This document shows, one piece after another, positions 31,390 to 42,779 of a stretch of 64,000 nt of DNA. Position numbers and translations under genes: made by a program. A model generated the notes under the pieces. The model searched no databases, was not told where the DNA came from, and saw nothing but the letters and a program-made list of their open reading frames with translations. Origin of the DNA: Candidatus Poribacteria bacterium (GTDB lineage Bacteria > Poribacteria > WGA-4E > PCPOR2b). Location: contig OZ244587.1 of the NCBI GenBank assembly GCA_965218095.1, positions 3,808,001-3,872,000 of the forward strand, written 5' to 3'. Each line of letters starts with the position of its first letter. Position 1 is the first letter of the stretch.

Positions 31390-32334
31390 ACCTTTGGTGC
31401 TAGTTGGTGAGGATGTAGTTTCCACAAGGGGTGTAGAATTTACATACTCGACCTGGCAAAGAATAGATCATTGCTATGACTGGATCTTTGGTTTCAAACT
31501 AAGTTCTGTTGACATTTGAGTATAAGGTTGTGGCATAATAGAAGAATGATGCCAATAACCTTACCCGATGACCAATGGAAAAAGATATACTCGTTTCTTC
31601 TAACTTGTCCCAACATCTATGTTGGCAACGAAGCGACAACACGCCGCTTTATCGAAACTGTTCTCTGGGCGACCCGTAGCGGTGCTCAATGGAGACTTCT
31701 GCCAGACACCTATGGTAAATCGAACACCCTCTATAAGCGTTTTGCACGGTGGTGCGACAAAGGTATCTTCACACAGATGCACCACCACTTCGCCGCCGAC
31801 CCCGATATCGAGTCGCTTATTGTGGACAGTACAATCATTCGAGCGCACCCGTGTGCGGCGGGTGCCGAAAAAAAAAGGGTGGAACTGAAAACCAAGTGTT
31901 AGGCCGCTCTCGCGGGGGATTCAGTACAAAAAATCACATCACAGTTGACGGCCTGGGTAATCCACTAAGAATACATCTGACGCCCGGTCAAAGAAACGAC
32001 ATAGCGGAAGCAGAAGGGTTGATACTTGGATATAAAAGCGAGTATGTGATTGGAGACAAGGGATATGACTCCGACAATTTTATCGCGGTTATTGAGGCGA
32101 ATGGAGCGATTGCGGTGATACCGCCCAAAAGTCATCGTGTGGATCAAAGAGATTACGACAAACATCTGTACAAAGAGAGACATCGGGTTGAATGTTTCAT
32201 TAACAAGATAAAATGGTATCGCCGTATCTTCTCTCGGTTCGAGAAGTTAGCTATCCGTTATTTTGGATTTCTCAGCTTTGTCGCCACTCTTATATGGCTC
32301 CCTTGAAATGTCAACAGAACCTAGCACCATTAGT
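31390..32334. mobile_element. IS982-related MITE (about 125 bp) with an IS5 nested in its right IR
   Basis: Left end ACCTTTGGTGCTAGTT is identical to the IS982 end at 12021. The right end rebuilds to AAACTAGCACCATTAGT after removing the IS5. Flanked by TTATAA (31384-31389, 32335-32340). Confidence 0.8.
31502..32321 (+). mobile_element. IS5-family (IS427-like) element, two ORFs with a -1 frameshift site
   Basis: IR (A/G)GTTCTGTTGACATTT and TA duplication at a CTAG target. A9GGG slippery run at about 31868 joins 31516..31902 to the DDE ORF ending at 32306. Confidence 0.92.
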
Positions 32335-32374
32335 TTATAAACATCAGGCTGTATCCGTTCAGATTATAGGATTT

Positions 32375-32409
32375 TAACCTTGTGAAGGTTTCAAACCTTC
32401 GCAAGGTTA
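32375..32409. repeat. REP-like palindrome TAACCTTG(C/T)GAAGGTT.CAAACCTTCGCAAGGTTA
   Basis: Near-identical copy at 50507-50541 and a degenerate copy at about 4309-4334. Confidence 0.75.
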
Positions 32410-32499
32410 GGGCTCTCAAACCCTACATGCATGAATTTAGAAATAGACCAGTAAATCATTCAAAATGAGGTACATTGCAACAATACCCTCGTTATTCAA

Positions 32500-33333
32500 A
32501 TGCCAATCCCAGACTACTACCGCACATTGGAAATAGGCCACCACGCAACGGCGGAGGAGATTAGGCAGGCATTCCGTAAGCTGGCGAAGCGATACCACCC
32601 GGATAAAAATCCAGGAGAGGAGAAGTCCGCCGAGCGAATGTTCCGCCTGATCTGCATCGCCCATGAAATTCTTCGCGACCCGCAACGAAAGCTGAAATAC
32701 GATCTCACGCTCAAAGCGACGGATAGAGAACGAGAGTTGCGCTCTCGCTACTTTGAAAATCTCAGAAAGTCAGAGCAAATTCAGCACAAGTATCAGCTGA
32801 TGTTGCAGGAGTTTCTGAACGCAAACATTGAAGCCGGCATCCGGATTTACGAGCAGTTGAAACGCGAAGAGAAAAAGTTCCGTATTGACGATTTCTTGAG
32901 CTATGAGGACAGCCGCGACTGTGAATTCCTGATCGCAGAGGCATACCAGACACTTGGGGATTATCGAACCGCTATGGAAATCTATCAATCATTAATCCAA
33001 TACGAAAAGCGTCGCCCGTGTTTTCACCACTTTATCGATGAAATTAAGGAACGATTGAAACAAATCTATTTTCATAGTCTCATGAACCCACAGCGCGTCG
33101 AAGACATCCCGACCGATTTAGAAGAGATTCGTGCTTTGAACTTGTCGAAACGTGAAACGTCGTGGATTTATAAAAAGTTAGCCGAGTTCTACGTCGATAT
33201 TAACTGGGTCTCCCAAGCGGAAGAGATGTTGACAGAGGCGTTTGAGCTCCACCCACGTCTGGCAGGGGCAAAGAAGATCTGTCAACAGTTGGGTATGGAA
33301 CATCTACTATCCCAAAACGGGAAGCATCAGTAA
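32500..33333 (+). CDS. J-domain (DnaJ-type) protein with a TPR-like C-terminus
   Basis: DYYRTLEI...IRQAFRKLAKRYHPDKNPG (HPD motif). Confidence 0.9.
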   Translation: MPIPDYYRTLEIGHHATAEEIRQAFRKLAKRYHPDKNPGEEKSAERMFRLICIAHEILRDPQRKLKYDLTLKATDRERELRSRYFENLRKSEQIQHKYQLMLQEFLNANIEAGIRIYEQLKREEKKFRIDDFLSYEDSRDCEFLIAEAYQTLGDYRTAMEIYQSLIQYEKRRPCFHHFIDEIKERLKQIYFHSLMNPQRVEDIPTDLEEIRALNLSKRETSWIYKKLAEFYVDINWVSQAEEMLTEAFELHPRLAGAKKICQQLGMEHLLSQNGKHQ

Positions 33334-33742
33334 GTTGATTGTAACATCCATCGAATTTCCAAAACAAGGTGAAAGCCCGGATTCCATGTTCTATTTCTCC
33401 AGGTTGTGCATGGCGATGTGACTGATGGGATAAGTGTACTGCATCGAACAGCCTGTGCCAAGTCAAGAGGAGTTGAACGGTCCTGTTTTCCTTGACTTGA
33501 TGGCAGTAGACGACTTGGAGATTTGTGACCATGTTGTGACCATCCCTGATGAGCCAGGTTTGAGCGTGACGCCGGCTGGGGATTATCTGGCAGCGTATGT
33601 CTTGCCGTTGCAGATCTGAATCTCAAATCTCCATATAGTGGAGAGATCTTATGGATCTGCTTTCACCTTTCTTGATGGCAAAGTGGTCTATCGGAAATAA
33701 CGGCTCTGAGAATATTTGAACATTTAGCCACTTTCTTTACCT

Positions 33743-34954
33743 ATGCTCCAACAAATAAAATCAACTCCAAAAGCCAGAGGAAACCTCATTGTTGGGCAAT
33801 CCGGCAATCCAACAGCAGTATTCAATAGCTGTCTCTACGGCGTCATCTAGGAGGCGAGGCGCCACCCCGAGATCCAAAACATCTACGGCATGGCGCACAG
33901 CGTATGAGGACTTCTGAAAGGTGATCTGATCAATCTCGGGCGGCAGAAGCCCGAAACCTTCGAAGGGCTGAAAAACGCCTCATCTGCTGCGCTTGTTGTC
34001 AATCAAGATGCGTTTGCAGACGATGATTACAGCTGCGCTTTGGAAATCTGCGAAAAATATAAGAGCCGTTTCCTCATCTACATGGGCAACAGGAAGGCGA
34101 TGTCTACCGCAGATCGATTGGTAGAACTTGCTGACAGCGAAGGCTACCCGCTCTGTTGCATGGCGATTCCCCACTCCGTGGAGAACGACATTGGCTTTAC
34201 AGATCACTGCTTTGGCTACGGCACTGCAGCGCGGTGGAACGCAATCGTGACGGGAAATGTCGGACGCGATGCTGAAGCGCGCAGGATTGCAGAAGACGTC
34301 AAAATCATCGAAACAATGGGGCATAATTCAGGGTGGCTAGTTGCTGCGACAGCCTTGGCGAAAGATTCCAATAACAGCGCACCACACTTGATCTATCTCC
34401 CCGAAAGTGGACTTGATATAGCTCGATTCCTCGCTGATGTGGAGTCCGTATATAGCCGTTTAGGATACTGCCTCGTCACCGTCAGCGAGGGGGTGAAAGA
34501 CAAGGAGGGCAGCTCCCTTGACCCAGACGATCAGTCGGAAGAAAGCGTGGGTGTGTATCTGTGCAGTCTGATTGCGAAGAAACTCAAGCTCAAAGCAAGT
34601 TGCGACAAACTTAGCATGTTCTCCCAGTCGGTGACGCAGCCTACCTCAGAAGTCGATTCAGGGGAAGCGCTAATGGCGGGACAAGCCGTTGTCCGTTGCG
34701 CTGTTGATGGAATGAACGGCTTCATGATTACGATTTCTTGACACTTAGATCCGAACAAGCCTTACAGTTCATCGATCGGTATGGTACGGTTCAGGCTGGG
34801 AGCGAAATCTGAGAGAGTTGTCCCCGAAAATTTCATTAACGAGGCAGGTGCCTTTGTCACAGAGGCGTTTTGGACGTATGCGCTGCCGTTGATTGGGGAG
34901 AGCCTACCGGAATATGTGCGGTTGGAGCGGATTCCGGTGGATCCAACTGACTGA
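33743..34954 (+). pseudogene. Phosphofructokinase (PPi-dependent type) pseudogene
   Basis: GNLIVGQSG.PTAVFN, DHCFGYGTAA, IETMGHNSGWL, YALPLIG in one frame, with in-frame stops at about 33848, 33905 and 34739. Confidence 0.85.
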
Positions 34955-35263
34955 CAATTCCGAACCAGTCCGGAGGAAAAACATGAAAATATACGAGTTT
35001 TTCACTTAGCTACCTCAGATCGACTGGAATCAGTAAATATGCGGGTTTGAGAACAGGATATTCGGTTCGCAGGACACTGATTATGACTGAATTCCTGCCA
35101 TAACTGAAAAAGTCGTAAAAATAGAAGAAACATGTACCCAAACCCATCGGTGGGGCACATTGCTTGCCAAGTCCACTCAGACGGTGCGGATCAAGGTGAA
35201 ATCTGTTTTTTTGGATCGCATCGCAGCTACCTTCGCTGCACGCCCCCACAGTTAATCCCGGTT

Positions 35264-38200
35264 CTAACGCAAAACCACCAACTTGCCTGTCTTCTCCGTT
35301 ACCTCTCCCTCCTTTTCGGCAGTGAGCTTGTAAAGATACACGCCGTTGGATAGTTCCTCGCCATCCGCATCCAAACCCTCCCAGTGGAATTCGTTGTATC
35401 CCGCAAAACTCTCAAGGGTGTCTATCAATGCGACCAAGCGCCCGGTAATTGTATAGACCCTTAAAGTTACCGTGTCTGCGTCTGAAGTGAGGAGGTAAGC
35501 GAAATCCGTCCCTTGCCGGTTCCTGGCCCCGGGGACAAAGGGATTGGGATAGTTCGCAACCTTTTCAATCTCGAATTCCCCTGCGACACGGAATTGGATT
35601 TCTGCTTGATTGGCATTTCCGTTTGCGTCTTGAGCTTGCAAGGCGATTTGATGCGTCCCTGCACGCAAGCTGGGTGTATAGGACAAAAATGCGAGATTGG
35701 AATTCGTTGGGGAAACGGAAATCGTATATTCCGTTGAAGGGATAATCTCTCGATTTTTCGTGAGAGTGATGTGCTCTGGACAGAGGTCAATGCCATTTGC
35801 ATCGACAAGCATTGCTGAAATCACGGGCGTATCAGAAACGTAATCGCCATCAATGAAGCCCTGATGCTCAACAGTCAGGCTGAGTTCCGGATCGGTAAAG
35901 TCGCTATTGATTATCAGCGCATAGCGTCCCGGTAGAGGCACGGATTGCGCCGTGATCTGATTCGCCGACACCCAATCTCCTCCGATCACGATCCATTTCT
36001 GCGTTGCTTCATCCCGCCGATAAATCCTCATCTGCACCCCATCTGCGTTTTGCGCTGAATCCATGTTGAAGGTAAGCGTCGCCATTATGTCAGGAGTTGC
36101 TTCGCCAATCAAATCTAGTTGATAAGCAGATGTGGTGGAAACTCCCGGTAGTGGAACATAGCGGAGATTCGGCTGATCAACGATGGGCATTTCCGGCTGT
36201 TGATCAAGGATGAGCACAGCATTCCCCTGAAAACCTCCGGCAACAAGGGAAATGGTCAGATTGTCGTCTGTGCTTTGGATGGGAGTGTTCATCTTGTCAG
36301 AGGTGATTAGGAAACGGTTGCCGATAAATTCTTTTGTCGCGAGGTTGTTAGCCTCGTTCTGTTCAATGATAGTTCCTTGAGTCGAGCGATTCGATGGGGG
36401 ATCAACGATGACGGTGACTTCGTAGACGCCATGCGCTGATTGCCAAGGGATGCTCACAAGTGTCGTTTCATTAGCAGGTATCTGCTCAATGAGCCCGTCC
36501 ACACCGATCTGGGAATCTCCGTCAAGGAAACGGACGTGGATTCCGTGTGCTGCCAGCCCACCAATATTTTAATCGTTGCTGACAGGAGTAGTGGCAGCTC
36601 GAGCCCCCACTGAATCCCTTTTGCAGTGATAGTGAGGGCCGGACGAGTTTCCACACGATAGAAGCTGATTGGCGTTTTTGTTGTGCGTCTACTTCGATCT
36701 ACCGTCTCGATGTAGTAATTGACAAACGTACTTGTTGGTTGAGGAGGCAGCGGTTGTTGTGTGCGATATCGGATGCCTGTCTGTCGAGCCATTGGGATTT
36801 GGCGCCATTCCGCCCGATCCAGCGACCAGAAGACGGTGACGGATTGGAGGCCGCTTGTTCCCGCAACGTCTGCGAGCAGGTGGACGGGGTGTTCTAGTGG
36901 AACGGGTTGAGGTTCAGTACGCACGTTATCAATCAGCGGTTGGGATATGCTAAAAGTTGCGTGACCAACGGCATCCTGCCTGTCGTTCCAGGTGTAGACG
37001 CTGACACTGCCGACACTTGGCTGCGCCGACTGAGGCAGGACAAACTGCGTTGTGAACCTCCCATTAACGACACTCACAACTTCCCGATGAATGGGTAACT
37101 TCCGCTTCGCTGAATTCTCGGCGAAACCGGAACCACTTTCATCTGCCGATTCGGCAGCGTCAAATATCGTGATTTCTGCCTGCCCCGTAAATCCGCGATC
37201 TATTACATTCCCTGAAATCACTATGGGTTGGTTTGTATCAACTGCGCGAGTGACAGTGAGTTTTACCTGTGAGCGTGGTAGTGCTAAGGCAACGGCCGGA
37301 TCGCCAAACAGCATGAACATCTCCACTAAATCGATATAACCGGGATTTTTGGTGAGAAAACGAATCTTGGCATCGGCAATGATCTCACCGATGATACGGG
37401 TATGGTCATTAAAAATCGAATCGAAGATCTCCTGATTGAGGAAAAAATCTCCGAATAGCCAGCCAAGCCCAGTGGCACCCAGAAAAGCGATTGCACCGCC
37501 ATCCTTTGCGCGAACCATTTCCTCCGCAAGGCAATCCCCACGCGGGTTATCGAAGTATCCTGTGAAGCAGGTCATACTAGTCACGAACGGTAAACGCTGT
37601 CCATTCTCTAATAACGGAACATCTTCCAGTCCCATCATTCGGTTATCCGTCCAAATACTCCCACCGCCGTGTCCAAGAAAATTGACAATCGCTACGCCCC
37701 GGTTAATACCCTCAATCACTTCCCGCGCACCGCCGTATATCAGCGCGGTTGGGTCGTCGGCATAGATCCGAGTCGGTGCAAACTCTGGACGAACTTTGCC
37801 TGTAATGAGGCTATTGTTCTGGCAACTGAATTCCTTCCCAACGCCACCCAACATCAACAACTGTTTGCGCCATGGCCCAATCTCCGGCGTTTTTTCATAC
37901 GCGATGATCCGGTTCACCATCACACCCAGGTCAATTAGATTCGATACCGGCAATCGTCCAATCAGCATGTCCGTGAGTGAATCTTCGCCGCGAAATGTGA
38001 CAAACTGATGATCGCTTGCAGCCGCGCCGTACTTGGGGGTTTGAATCAGGATTGACGGCACAAAGTTTTTCCCTTTCCGGTAGTCCTAGCTGGTATCACC
38101 GACCAGCAGGATATAGGTTGGTGCGGGCGGCTACCAATTCTCGTAGGCATAAGCTATCGCATGCGGGTTGAAGATGCCGTGGTTGAAATCGTCGTAGATG

Positions 38201-39270
38201 TCCTGAACGTCGATTGCCTTGACGCGCAATCCCCCCTGACGCCGCTAGTCGGCGAGATCGGAGACGCCGGGCATGAGGCTTTCGTGCGTGATGAGGAGAT
38301 AATCCGCACCGCTGCTGTGGTCTCGCAGGTCGGCGGGCGCGTCTTCAATGATTGCCTTCGGCTCATGGAATTGATCGCGAGTCAGGGCAATATACTCGAT
38401 TAGTTCCTTACGCGGCTGTATGCTCTGGGTGGCTTGGAAACTGACCTGATAAATGCCGGGATTACGCTCGTCAGGGGAGGCGTTTAATCCTGCATAGCGT
38501 GTTCCATTGACAGCGTAGATCTCGACATCCGGCTTAGAAAAGTTGCTGAGGACAACGCGAAAGTGTGGGCGCTCGGGGGTATGGGGAATAGAAAACGGCA
38601 GTGTATCCGCTTGGGCCGTAAAGTCCCGCCAATAATCAATTTCGATCCAGTTAAGCAGAACCTGATCCAATACCTCAGCCACAGTATCACCGGGCGTGAT
38701 AACCGTAATCGTATTGTTACCGTTTTTCAGAAAAAACTGAGAGATTTCATCACTTTCAAAAAGGTGCTCGCTCTGCCCATCCCACAGTGTATCTTCCAAC
38801 AGGGTCTGCCCATTGAGCCAGATCTGCGTGTGGTGATCGGGATTGGTGGAGTTATTCGTCTGACCCCGTAACATGACACGCATCGCTATGTTGAGGGAGG
38901 TCTCAGCGACATCCGGCAAATCAAATGTGAACATCCGCACGCCTAGGGCGGGGAGGGTCGCCCAATACCAGCTATCATTCGGAAGTGGCGGAAGCGAAAG
39001 CACATCGCCCACACGTTTGAACACACCTCCCCGAAAGAGTTGAAATTGCGCACCGCTATTTTCGTTCACAAGCGCCAACCGGACAAAGAGCCGATCTTCC
39101 TCAAAATGGGCACGGGCGCGAAAGCAACGGTGGGGGCGGAGGGATTCGCGCCCAAGATCTGGTGAGGCGACAAGTTCAATTTCGGGTTCATTGGCAACGC
39201 TTTCAAGGGGAACAAAATACCCCGAAAGCAGAAGGACTGCCAGAAAACAGAAAATTTGCCGATTTTTCAC
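35264..39270 (-). pseudogene. PorU/gingipain-like C25 peptidase with CARDB and a C-terminal FlgD-Ig/T9SS-type sorting domain, disrupted
   Basis: ADYLLIT, IYDDFNHG, IGRLPV, catalytic NFLGHGG and MTCFTG, LFGDPA. C-terminus NYPNPF...WEGLDADGEELSNGVYLYKL. In-frame TAGs at 38245, 38131 and 38086, plus a frameshift at about 36500-36570. Confidence 0.85.
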
Positions 39271-39277
39271 GTCAGTC

Positions 39278-39871
39278 TTACTTCTCCGCTAAGTGATAGA
39301 CTTCGATCTCGCGGATTTGCGCCCTGGCCGGCTTGACGACACGATAGTGTGGATAATAAGCGCCCGCAAGCGTCATCCTTCTATCCACGATCTTATCGCC
39401 GCGCTCGGCTATGGGCTTTGTAATAATCTGATCATCGACTGTGCGAGATACATTAATCCGAATCATGTTCGTCTGGAAGTTTAACCGGTCAATGACGTAC
39501 CGGGGTTGAGCGTTTTGGTTGCCAATATCCCGCCGCTGACGCACGGAATGGACGGTTTTCCATTCTAAAGCCTCGGTATCCCAGTAATCCACATAAAACC
39601 AGAACAGATTACCGTTATGAATAATGATTTTCCGAACAGGTTTTACCGCAGGGAATTTAAGGGTAAAAACGCGTTCATTTTTTGCTTCAGTCACAGCAAT
39701 GGGATCTAGCTTTCCATCGTTGAGCGCCGGATGATTCCCTTCCGCTCCATAGGTGGCCAGCGCAAAGTTCTTGCTCCACGGCGTTGATAACATTGATGAC
39801 CAGACACAACCAGATAAGCTCACACAAATCAATAACAGGACACATACTCCAAATTGTCTTAGTCGGTGCAT
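39278..39871 (-). CDS. Hypothetical lipoprotein, possibly with a discoidin-like fold
   Basis: Lipobox in MHRLRQFGVCVLLLICVSLSGC, with C-terminal IREIEVY. Confidence 0.6.
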   Translation of the reverse strand: MHRLRQFGVCVLLLICVSLSGCVWSSMLSTPWSKNFALATYGAEGNHPALNDGKLDPIAVTEAKNERVFTLKFPAVKPVRKIIIHNGNLFWFYVDYWDTEALEWKTVHSVRQRRDIGNQNAQPRYVIDRLNFQTNMIRINVSRTVDDQIITKPIAERGDKIVDRRMTLAGAYYPHYRVVKPARAQIREIEVYHLAEK

Positions 39872-39917
39872 TTTTTTACCTCGCAAAATTATTTGAACAT
39901 GAAGTGCCGCAAGCGGG

Positions 39918-40727
39918 CTATCCAGATAAGGATTGGTATTTCGATGCTGAACGCACTGTACGATCCGTGCTAAAAATAGGACGGATTCTATGGGCTTCAT
40001 GTTTAGAAGGAAGCCATCTGCGTTGAAACTGCCGGATCAAAAACATCCCGGCCCCAAATCCACCAATGTGCGCCGCCCAGGCGATTGGCGCACATTGGTA
40101 AGAAAAATAGGCATCGAATAACTGAATGAAGATCCAAGGCACAAGCACAACGCTCGCCGGCAACGAGACAATATAGATCAAGAGAAGGCATCGCACACGC
40201 GCTTTGGGACAGGCGATAACGTGTCCTCCCATTACGCCGGCGATTGCGCCACTTGCACCAATCAAAGGTAAATCAGAATTGTAGTGAGTCATCGCGTAAA
40301 AAAGAGTCGCGGATACACCACATAACAGATAAAACAGAAGGAATTTCAAACTTCCAATCATCTTCTCAAGATTCGGTCCGAAAGCCGACAGGTAAAGCAT
40401 GTTGCCGATAAGGTGAATAAATCCTCCCTGCAGAATGTGAACATCATGCAGGAAGAGACAGGTAATCAGCGCCTTGTGGAAAAGGTTCGGAAGTGGCGGC
40501 AAGAACGGATACCGATGAATAATCTGGTGGGGAATTGCCCCATACTCTTGTATGAGGAGCGGGACTTGATGGTACGCATAAAGCTGATACGCAAAAACCA
40601 GAATATTCGTGATGATTAAAAGTTGTACCGCACGCGGCTTGAAAGATTCTTGCGCCGACGGTGCGCCTGGCAATGGAATGAACAAGATATCACATCCTTT
40701 TCCTACGCAATACACACTACGTTTCAC
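39918..40727 (-). CDS. Rhomboid-family intramembrane serine protease
   Basis: Motifs HLIGNMLYL, GASGAIAGV, AWAAHIGGF. Confidence 0.9.
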   Translation of the reverse strand: MKRSVYCVGKGCDILFIPLPGAPSAQESFKPRAVQLLIITNILVFAYQLYAYHQVPLLIQEYGAIPHQIIHRYPFLPPLPNLFHKALITCLFLHDVHILQGGFIHLIGNMLYLSAFGPNLEKMIGSLKFLLFYLLCGVSATLFYAMTHYNSDLPLIGASGAIAGVMGGHVIACPKARVRCLLLIYIVSLPASVVLVPWIFIQLFDAYFSYQCAPIAWAAHIGGFGAGMFLIRQFQRRWLPSKHEAHRIRPIFSTDRTVRSASKYQSLSG

Positions 40728-40737
40728 GCATTACGTT

Positions 40738-41016
40738 TCATGTTTCACTCGACACATCAAACCGATCAATGATACCCATAACCAGTTCTCTTATCGGTGC
40801 GTTTTCGATCTCGAAGACCTCCTGGGCAACGCCCGGTCCGGCCCCGACGAGAACGATATCCCCTTCACCTGCACCAACATAATCAACAGCAATCGTCGGT
40901 GTCCGCACCAGCTTCGATTCCAAACTCAACGGTTGAACAAGTAACAAGGTTCGGTTCTTATAAGCAGGGTGCTTAATAACCGAGACAACTTTCCCGATCA
41001 CCTTTGCAATGTACAT
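40738..41016 (-). CDS. EutN/CcmL microcompartment vertex (BMC-P) protein
   Basis: MYIAKVIGKVVSVIKHP...AVDYVGAGEGDIVLV...MGIID. Confidence 0.92.
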   Translation of the reverse strand: MYIAKVIGKVVSVIKHPAYKNRTLLLVQPLSLESKLVRTPTIAVDYVGAGEGDIVLVGAGPGVAQEVFEIENAPIRELVMGIIDRFDVSSET

Positions 41017-41300
41017 TACGCCTCCGCTTCTTCAGTTGTGGTAATCGAATCAACAATCCCAACGACAGCGACATCAACGGGCATTTGACGGGTTGAAGAG
41101 ACAACCGTGGCATCCCCTCCGGTGACCATATAGATCAGATCGCCATAACCTGCCGTCCCCTGTGTGTCAACAGCGACGAGCGGAGAGCCAACCGATTCAC
41201 CCCTTTCATCCAGAGGCTGCACAATCAAAAGGCGACCGCCGACCAGGCTCGGATCCTTTCGAGGCGCCACGATTGTTCCGATGATCTTTCCAATATCCAT
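41016..41300 (-). CDS. EutN/CcmL microcompartment vertex (BMC-P) protein
   Basis: MDIGKIIGTIVAPRKDPSL.G.RLLIVQP...VAVD...PVDVAVVGIVD. Stop overlaps the next start. Confidence 0.92.
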   Translation of the reverse strand: MDIGKIIGTIVAPRKDPSLVGGRLLIVQPLDERGESVGSPLVAVDTQGTAGYGDLIYMVTGGDATVVSSTRQMPVDVAVVGIVDSITTTEEAEA

Positions 41301-41306
41301 AAGGCG

Positions 41307-42761
41307 TTACCGACTCTGAATCCCATACTCTTCTATCTTGGAATGCAGTGTGTTTCGATTGATTCCAAGAATTTCAGCGGCTTTGCTGCGATTCCAACTG
41401 GTTCGTTTAAGAACTAGCTCAAACAGCGGTTTTTCAACAGCCACACGGATCTCTGCTTGAAGCGATCCGGTGACTGCTCCGGATTCAATGAGTTCATCCA
41501 CCCGCTCCTGTATCAGAGTGGAAAGGCGACTTTCAAAACTTGTCACAGCCGTCGTCGCAGGCTGAGTTGTGCTTCCCGACAGTTCTGGAAAGTGTTCCGG
41601 GAGAAGCACCTGAGCTGAGCGCATCACAAGCGCGCGCTTGAGGGTGTTTTCAAGTTCACGCACGTTTCCGGGCCAATCATAAGCCATCAATAGTTTGAAT
41701 GCTTCGGGGGAGATTGCCGTCTTAGGCAGACCATAATCTTCAACGAAGCGGGTAATAAAGAGATCCACGAGGTCGGGGATATCCTCTTTCCGTTCACGCA
41801 GGGGAGGCAGATAAATCGGCACCACATTGAGCCGATAGAACAGATCCTCTCGAAAGCTGCCCTCCTGGATTGCCAAATCAAGCCGTCGATTTGTGGCGGC
41901 AACTACTCGTACATCCACCTTGCGAATCTCATTGGATCCGATCGGTTCAACTTCCCGTTCCTGGAGAACACGCAGCAATTTCATCTGAACTTCTATCGGT
42001 AATTCGCCGACCTCGTCCAGAAAAATCGTTCCTCCGTCTGCCTGCTCAAATTTGCCCTGGCGTGCTGTGTCTGCTCCGGTATATGCCCCCTTAACATGCC
42101 CAAAAAGCGCACTCTCAATCAGGTTTGAAGGGATGGCACTACAATCGACCACCACAAATTCCGCATCCGCTCTCCGACTATTTTGGTGAATCGCCTTGGC
42201 AACGGATTCCTTACCGGTACCGCTCTCTCCTATAATCAAAACCGTTTCATCACTGATCGCCGCCCGTCCGATGGTCAGGTAGACCGCATGCATCACATCG
42301 CTCTCCCCAACGATCTGGCTGCCCATATCCTGTCCATCTTGGGACGTAACCCCATCTCGCAGCGGTTGATCTTCCACTGTCGCTGTTTTCGCTTGATCGG
42401 CGGCGTACACGGCGCGAGATACTAAAGATCGGATTTCTTTGATGTCGAAAGGCTTGGTCACATAGTCGTAGGCGCGGCGTTTTGCAGCCTCGATCGCAGT
42501 TTGCGTCGTGCCGTGTGCGGTGATGATAATGATCGATGCGGTTTTATTGATCTCCTGAAGTTCTTCAATCAGGTCCAATCCATTGACATCAGGCATAAAG
42601 ATATCGAGAAAGATCGCGTCGATTGCTTCTGAACGGAAGAAATCGATGGTCTCTTCCCCGTTTCGCGCGGAGAATATGCGATACCCTTCTTTCTGCAGGG
42701 CTTTCTCCAGAACAAAGCGAATGCTATCGTCGTCGTCAGCGATAAGAATTGCGTGCGTCAT
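41307..42761 (-). CDS. Sigma-54-dependent response regulator (NtrC-like)
   Basis: Receiver (ADDDD, LDIFMP), GESGTGKE, ESALFGHVKGAYTGA, WPGNVRELEN, Fis-type HTH (LGINRNTL). Confidence 0.95.
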   Translation of the reverse strand: MTHAILIADDDDSIRFVLEKALQKEGYRIFSARNGEETIDFFRSEAIDAIFLDIFMPDVNGLDLIEELQEINKTASIIIITAHGTTQTAIEAAKRRAYDYVTKPFDIKEIRSLVSRAVYAADQAKTATVEDQPLRDGVTSQDGQDMGSQIVGESDVMHAVYLTIGRAAISDETVLIIGESGTGKESVAKAIHQNSRRADAEFVVVDCSAIPSNLIESALFGHVKGAYTGADTARQGKFEQADGGTIFLDEVGELPIEVQMKLLRVLQEREVEPIGSNEIRKVDVRVVAATNRRLDLAIQEGSFREDLFYRLNVVPIYLPPLRERKEDIPDLVDLFITRFVEDYGLPKTAISPEAFKLLMAYDWPGNVRELENTLKRALVMRSAQVLLPEHFPELSGSTTQPATTAVTSFESRLSTLIQERVDELIESGAVTGSLQAEIRVAVEKPLFELVLKRTSWNRSKAAEILGINRNTLHSKIEEYGIQSR

Positions 42762-42779
42762 AGAGATCTAATAATAGTT

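Noticed and set aside
33334-33619. Possible enolase/racemase C-terminal fragment (VTIPDEPGLSV)
   Set aside because: Too short and stop-ridden to support a call.
33743-38247. Stop-codon reassignment (amber read-through, Sec or Pyl) to explain in-frame stops
   Set aside because: Both TAG and TGA occur, at positions expected to be different residues (W, Q, R). Intact genes such as argS and yqeK end in TAG, and frameshifts co-occur.
14782-40748. Short repeat arrays as CRISPR
   Set aside because: Units are 7-8 bp tandem with no unique spacers, and no cas genes are present.
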